Positions 47,275-57,099 of a stretch of DNA of 64,000 nucleotides are shown one piece after another. The notes under the pieces are model-generated. The model worked only from the letters and a program-made list of their open reading frames with translations, was not told where the DNA came from and made no database searches. Source of the stretch: Candidatus Aminicenantes bacterium. GTDB lineage: Bacteria > Acidobacteriota > Aminicenantia > Aminicenantales > JAFGBC01. The DNA is taken from assembly GCA_963702005.1 (NCBI GenBank), contig OY969696.1, positions 768,001 to 832,000 on the forward strand, read 5' to 3'. The translations under genes were made by a program, and so were the position numbers. How positions within the stretch are numbered: the first letter of the stretch is position 1; every line of letters starts with the position of its first letter.

Positions 47275-48148
47275 CTTCGGAACTCAGATCCTTGATCTTC
47301 TGCTGCGCGACCTTGGTCTCGTTCTCGAGCGGGAACTTGCTGACGAGAAGCTTGAAAACCGAGAGGGCCTCTTCCTTCCGCCCCAGCTCTATCAGGCTCA
47401 GTCCTTTTTTGAGGTAGGCCGCGGCGATCTTGTCGCTCTGGGGGTAGTTGAGGATGAGGTCATCGAAGCGGGCGATGGCCTCATCGAATTTCTTCTGGCT
47501 GAAGGAGCATTCGCCGATCCAGTACAGGGCGTTGTCGGCGAGAGGGCTTTCCGAGAACTGTTCACGATAGATGCGGAAGCCCTCGGTGGCCAGGTCGAAG
47601 TTCCCCTTGAGATAATCGGTATAGGCCGTGTTGTAGACCTCTTGGGGAGAGAGGTTGGAAGGCGCCGGCGTTTCCTGGGCCGCCGCCTCCTTCGCGGTCT
47701 TGTCGGCTTCGGGTTTCTTGTCGGGCTCTTTCTTTTCGGCCTTGTCCGCACCCGGTCCGGCCGTTTCCGGCGCCGCCGCGCCGCCCGGCCGGAGGGAGAG
47801 CAGGTCCTCGGTGATCTTGACGAGCTGGAGGTTGATGAGCTCCAGCTTGTCGGCCAGGACCTGGTACTGGGAGGGGAGCGTTTTAATGTCCTCCTTGAGG
47901 CTCGCCTGCGCCCCCTCGGCCAGTTTCCATTGGTCGAGGAAGTCCTTGACCTGTGTCTGGAGGGCCCGGATGTCCTCGGCGTTCCGGTCGAGCTTGGTCT
48001 CGACCTGGGCCAGCTTCTGCTTGAGGAGCTGGACGTCCTCGTAAATAAGCTCGTAGGCCTTCTTTTCCTTGGTGTCGGCGCCCGCGGCGAGCAGGGGCAG
48101 GATGAGAAGGACGAAAAGACCCCTTCCCACGACCTTGAATACTCTCAT
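47261..48148 (-). CDS. cpoB: Tol-Pal system protein CpoB (YbgF)
   Basis: Coiled coil followed by TPRs (NALYWIGE); follows pal. Confidence 0.92.
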   Translation of the reverse strand: MRVFKVVGRGLFVLLILPLLAAGADTKEKKAYELIYEDVQLLKQKLAQVETKLDRNAEDIRALQTQVKDFLDQWKLAEGAQASLKEDIKTLPSQYQVLADKLELINLQLVKITEDLLSLRPGGAAAPETAGPGADKAEKKEPDKKPEADKTAKEAAAQETPAPSNLSPQEVYNTAYTDYLKGNFDLATEGFRIYREQFSESPLADNALYWIGECSFSQKKFDEAIARFDDLILNYPQSDKIAAAYLKKGLSLIELGRKEEALSVFKLLVSKFPLENETKVAQQKIKDLSSEDERY

Positions 48149-48163
48149 AGAAAAATTATAACG

Positions 48164-48706
48164 CTATTTGGCGATGATTGTAAACTGGGCTCTCCGGTTT
48201 CGCTGCCAGGACACCTCGTTGTGGCCGGGATCGATCGGCTGGCTCTTGCCGTAGGAGATCGTCTGCATCCGGTCGCCGGAAACCCCCAGCGACAGAAGAT
48301 AGTCGTAGGCGCTCTTGGCCCGCTTTTCGCCGAGGGCGAGGTTGTAATCCTCGGTTCCTCTCTCGTCGCAGTGGCCTTCGATCAAAACCCGGACGCTTTT
48401 AAACTTGGTGAGCCAGGAGGCGTTGGCGCTCAACACCGGCTTGGCGTCGTTGCGGATGAAGTACTTGTCGTAGTCGAAGAAGACCATTTTGAGCGGCTGT
48501 TCGCGGTTGATCTGCTCGAGGGTCTTGGCCCGGAAGATCTCTTCCTCGGTCGGGGCGGGCGGCTTGGGGGGTTCGGGCACCTTCTCGACCTTGGGCTGTT
48601 CCTGGGCTTGGGGCGGAGGGGGGACTTCCTTCACCTTGGCCTTGCAGGCCGCCAGAAACAGGAAAGTCAGGAGGATGGCGAGAGTAAAGCAGAGAGATTT
48701 TTTCAT
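48164..48706 (-). CDS. pal: Peptidoglycan-associated lipoprotein
   Basis: Lipobox LAAC, FFDYDK and EGHCDERGT..YN.ALGE.RA; TTGACA-N17-TATAAA promoter at 48802-48774. Confidence 0.96.
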   Translation of the reverse strand: MKKSLCFTLAILLTFLFLAACKAKVKEVPPPPQAQEQPKVEKVPEPPKPPAPTEEEIFRAKTLEQINREQPLKMVFFDYDKYFIRNDAKPVLSANASWLTKFKSVRVLIEGHCDERGTEDYNLALGEKRAKSAYDYLLSLGVSGDRMQTISYGKSQPIDPGHNEVSWQRNRRAQFTIIAK

Positions 48707-48811
48707 GGAACCTCCTATCGGCATCGGGCGTGGGCCATTGGATGGGATGGAAAATGGCGCCTCACGCCCTTAATTTATACAGATTCGGGTTTCGTCTGTC
48801 AACCCCTTAAC

Positions 48812-49010
48812 CGCTAGCCATGTGGCGGGGTTGTTCAGGGCGGAAGCTCCAAAGACCCGCGTCTTTGGAGCGCCCGCACTCATGAGACGCTTCCGGATCA
48901 TGAGTGTGACCCTGAGCGCTAGCGAACGGGCAACAGGAAATCGTTTTCTTGGCCTGGCCGCACTCATGGGTCGTTTGCACTCCCCCATGAGTACCGGCGA
49001 AGCGCCAGGC
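48812..49010. repeat. Multi-hairpin intergenic element between tolB and pal
   Basis: GCTCCAAAGAC-ccgc-GTCTTTGGAGC; two ACTCATG...CATGAGT stems; closing stems TCAGGG/CCCTGA and GCCTGGC/GCCAGGC. Confidence 0.6.
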
Positions 49011-49011
49011 G

Positions 49012-50307
49012 TCAGCGCCGGGACCAGTCGGGCAGCTTATTGTTGCCTTTGGAGGTCAGCCGGCGCAGGTTGGCCCCGTCGTAGTCGATGGTGTAGAGCT
49101 GGTTTGTCCCGGGGAGCGACGACGAGAAGACGATGTGCCGGCCGTCCGGAGACCAGGCGGGCGACTCGTTCCGGGCGTTGCTCTCGGTCAGCTTGATGAT
49201 CTGAGAGGTCCGCAGATTGAGGAGGTAGATGTCGAAGACCTGGTCGACCCGGGAGACGTAGGCGATCTGATCGCCCGCCGGCGACCAGGCCGGCTGGTCT
49301 TGGTAGGTCCCACCGAAGCTGACCCTCCGCACGTTGGAGCCTTCGGCGTCCATGACGTAGATCTGGGGCGATCCGCTCCGGTCCGAGGTGAAGGCGATCT
49401 CCCGGCTGGTCGGCGACCAGGAGGGCGAGGTGTCGATGGACTTGTTGAAGGTCAGCCGGCGGATGTCGCTGCCGTCGCTCTGGGCGACGTAGATCTCGGC
49501 GTTTCCGTCCATGGACGAGCAGAAGGCGAGCCATTTTCCGTCCGGCGAAAAGGAGGGGGCGCAGCTCGTGCCCTTGGTCGCCACGGCCGTATTCTTGCCC
49601 TCGAAGGGCCGGAATAGGTACAGATCGGGATTGTTGTGCCGATAGGACGTGTAGGCGATCGCTTGGCCGTCCATCGACCAGGCCGGCATAAGGTCGATGA
49701 CCTTGTTGAAGGTCAGCCGCGTCTGGTTTTCGCCGTCGTAGTCCATCAGGTACAGCTCGTCGTTCCCGTCGCGGTCGGAGACGAAGACGATCCGGGTCGT
49801 GAAGATCGGCCGCTCGCCGAACGCCTTGAGGGCCTCGTCGGCGAATTCATGGGCGGCCCGGCGCAGAACCCTGGCCGAGGCCTCATACTTCTTGCCGAGC
49901 ATGAAGCGCTCGCCCTTGACGTCGTAGAACTTGGCCTCGAACTGGACCGTCCCGGCTTCCCCCTCGGCGACGACGCCGGTCAGCAGGTACTTGGCCTGGA
50001 TGGACTCCCAGTCCTTGAAGGCGATCTTATCCGGATCCAAGGCCGGGATATAGCCGTAGTAGCTCTTGGGGAGGAGCTGGAAGACGCGGGTGTACTTGAG
50101 GTCGTCCGAGAGGACTTGATAGAGCTCGGCGGCCGCCGCCCGGAGCGGGGCCGACGAGGAGCGGAGGATGAAGTCGGGAAGGGCGACCGGGATCATGGGC
50201 ATTCCGTCCTTGATCGTGATGACGACCTCCTGCTGAGGGCGCACGACCGGAACGGCCGCCAGGCAGAGACAGACGCAGAGCGTCGGGACGATGATGCGAT
50301 GTTTCAT
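49012..50307 (-). CDS. tolB: Tol-Pal periplasmic protein TolB
   Basis: TolB N-terminal domain, TRIVFVS and PD40 repeats (PAWSPDG). Confidence 0.95.
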   Translation of the reverse strand: MKHRIIVPTLCVCLCLAAVPVVRPQQEVVITIKDGMPMIPVALPDFILRSSSAPLRAAAAELYQVLSDDLKYTRVFQLLPKSYYGYIPALDPDKIAFKDWESIQAKYLLTGVVAEGEAGTVQFEAKFYDVKGERFMLGKKYEASARVLRRAAHEFADEALKAFGERPIFTTRIVFVSDRDGNDELYLMDYDGENQTRLTFNKVIDLMPAWSMDGQAIAYTSYRHNNPDLYLFRPFEGKNTAVATKGTSCAPSFSPDGKWLAFCSSMDGNAEIYVAQSDGSDIRRLTFNKSIDTSPSWSPTSREIAFTSDRSGSPQIYVMDAEGSNVRRVSFGGTYQDQPAWSPAGDQIAYVSRVDQVFDIYLLNLRTSQIIKLTESNARNESPAWSPDGRHIVFSSSLPGTNQLYTIDYDGANLRRLTSKGNNKLPDWSRR

Positions 50308-51085
50308 TTGGAATGCTCGAAGATGAGGTGGATTCCCAGGAAGTCCTGGTCGTATTCCTCGGGGAGGGGGGGAAGGGCGCGGCCAAGGTGATGGCCCGGA
50401 GCGCGGACAGGTCGAGCGAGCGGATGGGGCTCGCCTCCTCGACCTTGAGGTCCGAGATCCGCCCGTCCCGGTGGATCTTGAAGAAAATGGTCACGGTGTA
50501 GGTCCCGCTGACGCCCGGGTCGACCAGCGAGGTAAACCAGGCTGCCGAGACTTTATCGGTCAGGATTTGGAGGTAATAGGTATAGGGAAAACTCGACATC
50601 CCGATCTGATCCCCGTACTCGGACCCGAAAACGCCGCCGCCTCCGCCCGAGCCCTCGCCGATGCCCCCGATCCTGAGGCCGGATCCGCCGCCCGTCTCCG
50701 TCTCCTCGGACGGTTCCGCTTTAATGGGCGGCTGGGGTTGGGAGATGGCCGCCTTTTTGTCCTTGGGCGGCGTCTTCTCCTTCTTCGGCTCGGGAACTGG
50801 GTAGCGGAGCTCGGATTTGGGCGCCACGGCCGCCTTCTGCGGCGTCGTCAGATCCCGCAGGGTCTCCCGCTTGGGCGGGACCGCTGTCGTCCCCAGCTGT
50901 GTGCCTCCTCCGCGGCCTCCGCCCGGCCCGCCCAAGGCCAAGTTGACGTAGCGAATCGGGCCGCGCGGGGCCGCATGGGGGAACTTGGGCGACGTGACGA
51001 TTAGGGTGAACAGGACGACATGGAGGGCGAGCGAGGCGAGGACGGCCTTCTGGAACCGATGATCGTCCCCCCAGAGTCTGGTCAT
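50304..51085 (-). CDS. tolA: TolA/TonB-family protein, frameshifted in a G7 run at 50366-50372
   Basis: TM helix with SxxxH, Pro/Lys-rich linker and TonB_C domain. Adding one C restores PFPPLPEEYDQDFLGIHLIFEHSK* with an ATGA overlap onto tolB. Confidence 0.82.
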
Positions 51086-51096
51086 GGCCCGACTCC

Positions 51097-51549
51097 TCAG
51101 CGGCGCTGGGCCGTCTTCTCTTTCGGCTCGGTGATGAGACCGACGACCTCGACCCCGGCCTTTTTGGCGACGTCCAGGATGTCGATGATGAACCCGTAGG
51201 GGATTTCCTGGTCGCCCTGGAGGAAGACGACCTTTTTCTTTTTCCCGTAGAAATATTCGTTGAGCCGCCGCTCCAGGAGATGGATGTTGACGACGGTCTC
51301 GCCGATGTGGATGAACTTGTCCTTGGTCACGGTCAGGGTCATGCCCTCGTCGGCCGGGGCCGATTCGGATTCGGCCTGGGGGAGGTTGACGCCGATCCCC
51401 GACTGCATCAGGGGGGCCGTGACCATGAAAATGACGAGGAGGACGAGCATGACGTCGACGAAGGGCGTCACGTTGATCTCGGACAGGGACGTCCCGACCG
51501 AGCGGCGCCGCGAGGAGCCGCGAGTCAGGGGGGCGACGTTAAGAGCCAT
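51097..51549 (-). CDS. tolR: TolR/ExbD
   Basis: EINVTPFVDVMLVLLVIFMVTAP. Confidence 0.93.
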   Translation of the reverse strand: MALNVAPLTRGSSRRRSVGTSLSEINVTPFVDVMLVLLVIFMVTAPLMQSGIGVNLPQAESESAPADEGMTLTVTKDKFIHIGETVVNIHLLERRLNEYFYGKKKKVVFLQGDQEIPYGFIIDILDVAKKAGVEVVGLITEPKEKTAQRR

Positions 51550-52201
51550 AGAGGCGGTCCGCGATGTTGAGGAATTCGAGGCTGAAGTCCTCCATCTCGG
51601 TGATGAGGTCCTTGATGCGGTGGAGGAAGAAATTATAGGCGATGACGGCAGGGACGGCCGCGAACAGACCGGCCGCCGTCGCGATCAGGGCCTCGGCGAT
51701 GCCGGGCGCGACCGTGACCAGGCTGGCCGAGCGCAGGACGCCGATCCGCTGGAAGGCGTCCATGATCCCCCAGACCGTCCCGAACAGGCCGATGAAGGGG
51801 GTGACGCTCCCGGTCGTGGCCAGGAAGCTCATCATCCGCTCCATTTTAGCGACTTCGGCGTTCGAAACGCGCTGGAGGGCGCGCTCAACGTTCTCCATCC
51901 GCTCGGCCTTGGACGGCGCGGACGGATTCCGCTTGGAAAGAAGGGCGATCTCCCGGAAGCCGGACTCGAACATGGCCGCCAGCGGGCTGGCCTGGTACTT
52001 GCGGGCGGCCTGGTTGACATCTTCGAGGTCCCGGCTCTTGCGGAAGACGGAAAGGAACTTCCGAGACTGGACCGCGGAGAGCCGCAGGGTCCTCCGCTTG
52101 AAGATGATGATGGCCCAGGAGAAGACCGAGAACAGGATAAGGGCGAACAGGATGAGCTGGACGACAAAGCTCGCGTCGGCGATAAGCTTGAATACATTCA
52201 T
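51539..52201 (-). CDS. tolQ: TolQ/ExbB
   Basis: PFIGLFGTVWGIM and APGIAEALIATAAGLFAAVPA. Confidence 0.94.
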   Translation of the reverse strand: MNVFKLIADASFVVQLILFALILFSVFSWAIIIFKRRTLRLSAVQSRKFLSVFRKSRDLEDVNQAARKYQASPLAAMFESGFREIALLSKRNPSAPSKAERMENVERALQRVSNAEVAKMERMMSFLATTGSVTPFIGLFGTVWGIMDAFQRIGVLRSASLVTVAPGIAEALIATAAGLFAAVPAVIAYNFFLHRIKDLITEMEDFSLEFLNIADRLYGS

Positions 52202-52252
52202 GGCTGTCAAACCCAGGCCAAAGTAGCACAGGCGGGAACGGCTGTCAATTAA

Positions 52253-52337
52253 AGGGCACGGAAATCAGGGGACAGGGCACGGAATTCAGGGGACATGAAC
52301 CAAATCTCCGGATTTGGTATCGTGTCCCCTGAATTCC
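52253..52337. repeat. REP-like element: tandem 21-bp repeat plus an inverted copy forming a long hairpin
   Basis: AGGGCACGGAA(A/T)TCAGGGGAC twice (52253-52294). GGAATTCAGGGGACA (52281-52295) is inverted at 52323-52337, around an inner ACCAAATC/GATTTGGT stem. Confidence 0.75.
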
Positions 52338-52360
52338 ACCCTCTTAGAAGAAGCCCGACT

Positions 52361-55225
52361 TTACAGACCGATTATCGAGAACTTCCCGTCGCTCGTGTCA
52401 GCCGGGGTCATCGAGCCGGGCTTGCGGACCCGGACACGGCAGGCCGTCGACGACTTATTGGGAACCGTCCAAGCGTAGCTTCCCGTGTTCGGTGTCGAAG
52501 CGATGATATTCGCCCAATTCAATCCGTCGTCGGTCGAATACTCGATTTTGACCGACGCGAGCGTCCCGGTCGTCGTCCAGCGGATTGTGTGGACGGTTTT
52601 AGCTTTCCAGGTCTCCCCGCCGTTGGGAACGACGACCTTGATCGTAGGCATCGGGACGATGGCGAAGACCCTGTCGCTCCGGTCCTTGGCGGAGTTGTCG
52701 CGCTTATTGATCCGGACCCAGCAAGTCGGGGAGATTGCATTAGGAACCGTCCAGTAGTAGCGGCCGTCGTCCGGGGTGGTTGTGGCGATCGTCGTCCAAG
52801 CCTTTCCTTTATCCGTGGAATAGAGGATCTTGTCCTGGTCTTCATAGTCGCTTGACTCCCAGGTGATGGGATGCTTTGTCCCCGCCTCCCACTTCTCGCC
52901 GCCGTTGGGAGAGGTCACGCGGAGCCAGGGAATCATTTTTATCTTGGCGACGAAAGCGTCATCATGGCTGTTGTGGGTTAGATCAGGTCCTAATTTAACT
53001 GGAAAGCTTGTCTCTAATGAGTCTGTTCTGCCCGTGATATAGGCGTCTCCCGATGAATCAACCGCGATTCCAAATCCGCTTTCATAGCCGATACCGCCAA
53101 CATAGCCGCAGTAAACGAGCCCCTTCCCATCTGTCCGGACCTTAGCTACAAAAGCATCCCAAGCGCCTCCATTGTAGCTTAGGTCGGGTCCTTCCCTGAC
53201 TGGGAAGGTAGCTTCTGTTGAATTTGTTGACCCAATGATATAGGCGCTGCCCGATCTGTCAACCGCGATATCCTGCCCTTCTTCAGCATCCCCACCGCCA
53301 ATATAACCGCAGTAAACGAGCCCCTTCCCGTCAGCTCGGACTTTTACTACAAAAGCATCCTCCCACCCGCCGTTATAACTGGAGTCCGGTCCAACCGTTA
53401 CGGGGAAAGATTTCTCGTTCGAAGTGGTATAGCCTGTGATATATGCGCAACTAAATTGGTCAACCGCGATTCCAGTCCCCATTTCTCCGCCTGGTCCGCC
53501 AATATATCCGCAATAGATGAGTCCAGTTCCGTCCGGCTTGACCTTAGCCACAAAAATATCGCCTCCTCCGTTAAAGCTCATATCCGGCCCCACGGTCACG
53601 GGAAACGACGCTTCATTCGATTGCGTTGTCCCGGTTACATATGCGCAGCCCTGGATATCCACCAAGATCCTCCACCCAAAATCATAGGAGGAGCCTCCGA
53701 TGTAGCCGCAGTAGCTGAGTCCTGTCCCGTCCGCTCTGACCTTGGCCACGAAGGCATCATAAATATTTTTGCCGCTGATATTGTTGTAGATGAGGTCCGG
53801 TCCCACCGTCACAGGGAATGTTGCCTCAGTTGAGTCCGTATAACCCGATATATAAGCGCACCCTGACCCGTCGACCGCGATCCCATCTCCCTCGTCATAG
53901 GCGGAACCGCCGATATATCCACAGTAGATAAGGGCCGTTCCATCCGCTTCAACCTTAGCCACAAAAGCATCATAAATAAACTCGCTGTTGTCACTAAAAG
54001 TTAAATCGGGTCCGACTTTCACCGGGAAGCTTGTTTCTGTTGATGAGGTCACCCCGGCAATATAAGCGCATCCCGAACCATCCACTGCGATTGCTTTTCC
54101 TCGATCACCACCGACTCCGCCGATAAAGCCGCAATAGATAAGTCCCGTCCCATCCGCTTTTAGCTTAGCTATGAAAGCATCATTCCCGTATGTGTTGAGG
54201 TACGGCCCCACAATAATGGGGAATGTTGCCTCCGTTGAGCACGTAAAGCCTGTAATGTAGGCGCATCCTGCTCTGTCCACCGCGACACCATATCCGTCTT
54301 CGCTGTTTGATCCTCCAATGTAGCCACAATAGACAATGACTGCTGGGTCGAGAACGAGCGGGAGAGCGGGATCGTAAGCGCCAACCGAGAAGCCGTAGCT
54401 GAAGACGGATTCATCCTCGCGCGTTTCGGAGACGAGGTCATAGGCGAGCGATACGTCCTTTTTTCCGCTCGCGGTCTCCTGCCAGGCGACGGGAACGCCG
54501 TCCTTGAAGCTCGCGACCGGGGTCGTCACTTCAAGACGCCCATCTTTGTCGATGGATACTTTTTCCGCGCCCCGATAGCGAAACCTAATCTGCGACGGGT
54601 CCGCACCCGGCTTGACCACGAACTCATACTTGAGTTCGTTCATGCTTCCTGAAAAGACGAGGTCGATTCCCGGCCAGAGTTCTCGATAGGCGATCTTCGA
54701 GTAGGAAGGAAGCCCCGTCTTCCAGTCCTTCTCAGGGCCCTTAAAATAGGAAATAACCGCGCCCGTTTCGTCGCTCCCTTGAGGATTAACTTCCTCGTTC
54801 GCGCCCACGAAATCGAGCTTGACCGTCCAGCTCCGGGTCGGCTTCTCGTTCTCGAACGTCATTTCCTTCAACGCTCGGGTCCACCGATCAGGTCGATCCT
54901 TTTTGGAATCCATCTTGGCTTTTTCCATGAGGACGAAAGTCACACCCTCGTCGCAGAAATAGAGCGTCTTATCCTTGCCCTGGACATAGAAGGCCGCCGG
55001 GCCGTTGATCTGGCCTTTGTTCGGGATGAAATAGAGCGGCATCCGCCCGAAGTTCAAGTCGGCCTGGATCTGAGCGCCCGCGGATTGGGCTTGGGGAGGA
55101 GCGCTGGTCAAACGAGAACCTTGGGCGAACTGATCAGTAGGGCGTTGGCCGCCCCCTCCGCCGATGCTCGCCGCGACGACCACAAGCCCCCCAAGAATCC
55201 CGAAGACAACCAACCTTCTTTTCAT
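52361..55225 (-). CDS. Secreted SBBP-repeat protein with two C-terminal 'PNGGE.W' Ig-like (Ser/Thr-rich GPI-anchored family) domains
   Basis: PLYFIPNKGQ; ~7 YCGYIGG...IAVD.SG.AYI.G.T.S.E.TFPV..GPD repeats; two PNGGE.W...I.W domains. Confidence 0.85.
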   Translation of the reverse strand: MKRRLVVFGILGGLVVVAASIGGGGGQRPTDQFAQGSRLTSAPPQAQSAGAQIQADLNFGRMPLYFIPNKGQINGPAAFYVQGKDKTLYFCDEGVTFVLMEKAKMDSKKDRPDRWTRALKEMTFENEKPTRSWTVKLDFVGANEEVNPQGSDETGAVISYFKGPEKDWKTGLPSYSKIAYRELWPGIDLVFSGSMNELKYEFVVKPGADPSQIRFRYRGAEKVSIDKDGRLEVTTPVASFKDGVPVAWQETASGKKDVSLAYDLVSETREDESVFSYGFSVGAYDPALPLVLDPAVIVYCGYIGGSNSEDGYGVAVDRAGCAYITGFTCSTEATFPIIVGPYLNTYGNDAFIAKLKADGTGLIYCGFIGGVGGDRGKAIAVDGSGCAYIAGVTSSTETSFPVKVGPDLTFSDNSEFIYDAFVAKVEADGTALIYCGYIGGSAYDEGDGIAVDGSGCAYISGYTDSTEATFPVTVGPDLIYNNISGKNIYDAFVAKVRADGTGLSYCGYIGGSSYDFGWRILVDIQGCAYVTGTTQSNEASFPVTVGPDMSFNGGGDIFVAKVKPDGTGLIYCGYIGGPGGEMGTGIAVDQFSCAYITGYTTSNEKSFPVTVGPDSSYNGGWEDAFVVKVRADGKGLVYCGYIGGGDAEEGQDIAVDRSGSAYIIGSTNSTEATFPVREGPDLSYNGGAWDAFVAKVRTDGKGLVYCGYVGGIGYESGFGIAVDSSGDAYITGRTDSLETSFPVKLGPDLTHNSHDDAFVAKIKMIPWLRVTSPNGGEKWEAGTKHPITWESSDYEDQDKILYSTDKGKAWTTIATTTPDDGRYYWTVPNAISPTCWVRINKRDNSAKDRSDRVFAIVPMPTIKVVVPNGGETWKAKTVHTIRWTTTGTLASVKIEYSTDDGLNWANIIASTPNTGSYAWTVPNKSSTACRVRVRKPGSMTPADTSDGKFSIIGL

Positions 55226-55504
55226 ATGGCACCCCCCGAGAATCGCGCATCAGAATCCCTCTTTCTATCCTTCCCGTCGCATATTCTTCTCTACGACAAG
55301 AAAATGGCCTGAATACCCGCAATCGCGGGCACGGCATCGTTCTTGGCGGCGGTGTCGTCGAGCGGGGCGAAAAAGCGGCTTAAGAATAGCGGGCGAATGC
55401 GTGGAAACCGTATCCCATTTCGGTCTCTACCCCAAACTTAACGATAGGTTCTCAACGCCGCTTTGTCAAGCGGCGTCCGACGCCTCGAGCCGACTTTTTC
55501 TATT

Positions 55505-56926
55505 TTAGATATAATCAAAAATTCTCGTTATGGATTCTAAAAAATCTACATCAGAGCCGAGGGCGATTGAAAAAACAAACCATAAAGAGGCTCCATAAGA
55601 TAAAGAATAAAACAGTTTATAAAATGGATTTTCCGGGAATGTAATAAGAGTTTTTACCAGAGGAGAAAGAAAAGGGAACCTGACCAGCAAAAATCCGAAT
55701 TCCTGCAGATTTTCCAGTTTCCTTTTTTCCTTATGTCCGAGTTTTAAGGGGCTTTTGTGCAGATAATCCGAATCGATATTTTCATAATTTCCTTCATAAA
55801 GGCCTTTCTTGACGGCGTATTCCGTAAGTTGGGTGCTTGGGTAGGGTTGAAAAAGCGAAAATTCGGGAAAGTCCACCCTGCATTTGGCGTTGAATAATAT
55901 TGTTTCAAATGTTTTGTCGAGGTCTTCTCCCGGCAATCCGAGCATATTTGTCGCAAATATCTTTATCCGCGCTTTTTTGAGCAATCGGCAGGCATTGATG
56001 ATCTGTTCATTGCTCATGTCTCTCTTAAGCATCTCTTTTCGGATTTTCTCATTTCCCGTTTCAATGCCCATGCAAACAAGTATGCAGTTTGCGCTTTTTA
56101 GCTGGCGGACTATTTCGGGAGTGATGAGATCCGCCCTGACATTGCAAATAAACGGCAACCCGACTTTGTCCTCATATTTCTCGCAGAATTCCTTTAACCA
56201 GGCCGGATTGATGTTAAATGTATCGTCTATAAATTTGACCGTTTTCAGCGGGTATTTTTTTCTTATTTCCAAGATTTCATTGATGACATGATCAGCGCTT
56301 CTCTGCCTGATGATCTTTCCTTTTCCCTTGTACAGCGCATTGAATTTAATGTTAAAACAATAGGTGCATCTGAAGGGGCATCCCCGGCTCGCCATCAGCC
56401 TCTTGATTTTCAGTTTCTTGAAAAAAGGGAGCTTTTCATAAATCAATTCTCTGTCGGCATACGGCAACCTATCCAGATTTTCAATCAGCTTTCGGGGAGG
56501 GTTTTTGATGATCTTTGTCCCTTTTTTTATCCAAAAATTTTTGACGTTGTCGACGCTTTCCCCCTTGCTCAACTTATTGACAAATTCCACAAAAGCGTCA
56601 TCCCCTTCCCCGATACAGATGGCATCTATTCCTTCCTCATGGATTATGTCCGGAAAGAAAGTCACGTGCGGACCGCCGAAAACGGAATAAACCTGAAAAT
56701 GTTTTTTGATTATTTTATTGATGGCTATGAGGTCCCGATGCGCGCCGGTCGTTAAACTGTAAGCGACGATGTCCGGCTTCAATTCGCTTAACTTTTCAAT
56801 GAAATTTTCTTTTTCATAGCATATCAGGTCTGTTTGATGCCCGGCTTTTTTTAGGGAAGCCGACAAGCACATGATCCCCATCTGGGGGGAAACAACTATT
56901 TTTCTCAGTATGAAAACGACTTTCAT
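55505..56926 (-). CDS. B12-binding radical SAM protein
   Basis: GGPHVT, GEGD, SRGCPFRCTYC, DDTF, GIETG and MLGLPGE; markedly AT-rich. Confidence 0.92.
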   Translation of the reverse strand: MKVVFILRKIVVSPQMGIMCLSASLKKAGHQTDLICYEKENFIEKLSELKPDIVAYSLTTGAHRDLIAINKIIKKHFQVYSVFGGPHVTFFPDIIHEEGIDAICIGEGDDAFVEFVNKLSKGESVDNVKNFWIKKGTKIIKNPPRKLIENLDRLPYADRELIYEKLPFFKKLKIKRLMASRGCPFRCTYCFNIKFNALYKGKGKIIRQRSADHVINEILEIRKKYPLKTVKFIDDTFNINPAWLKEFCEKYEDKVGLPFICNVRADLITPEIVRQLKSANCILVCMGIETGNEKIRKEMLKRDMSNEQIINACRLLKKARIKIFATNMLGLPGEDLDKTFETILFNAKCRVDFPEFSLFQPYPSTQLTEYAVKKGLYEGNYENIDSDYLHKSPLKLGHKEKRKLENLQEFGFLLVRFPFLSPLVKTLITFPENPFYKLFYSLSYGASLWFVFSIALGSDVDFLESITRIFDYI

Positions 56927-57099
56927 GTTAGCTCTTTGGCGATGGGCGCCGAGCTCGGACTCGACGCTGCCCTTATTACATAAATATTAGGGCCGACCGC
57001 GGATCGATGCCAAGCGGTCGGAACAGCGGGCGGAACGAGCACGGCTTTACATTTTCGTGATGACCGGAAACGGGCTTTGATCATGAGCGGCGATTTTCA

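Noticed and set aside
52253-52294. CRISPR array
   Set aside because: There are only two adjacent repeats, no spacers and no cas genes.
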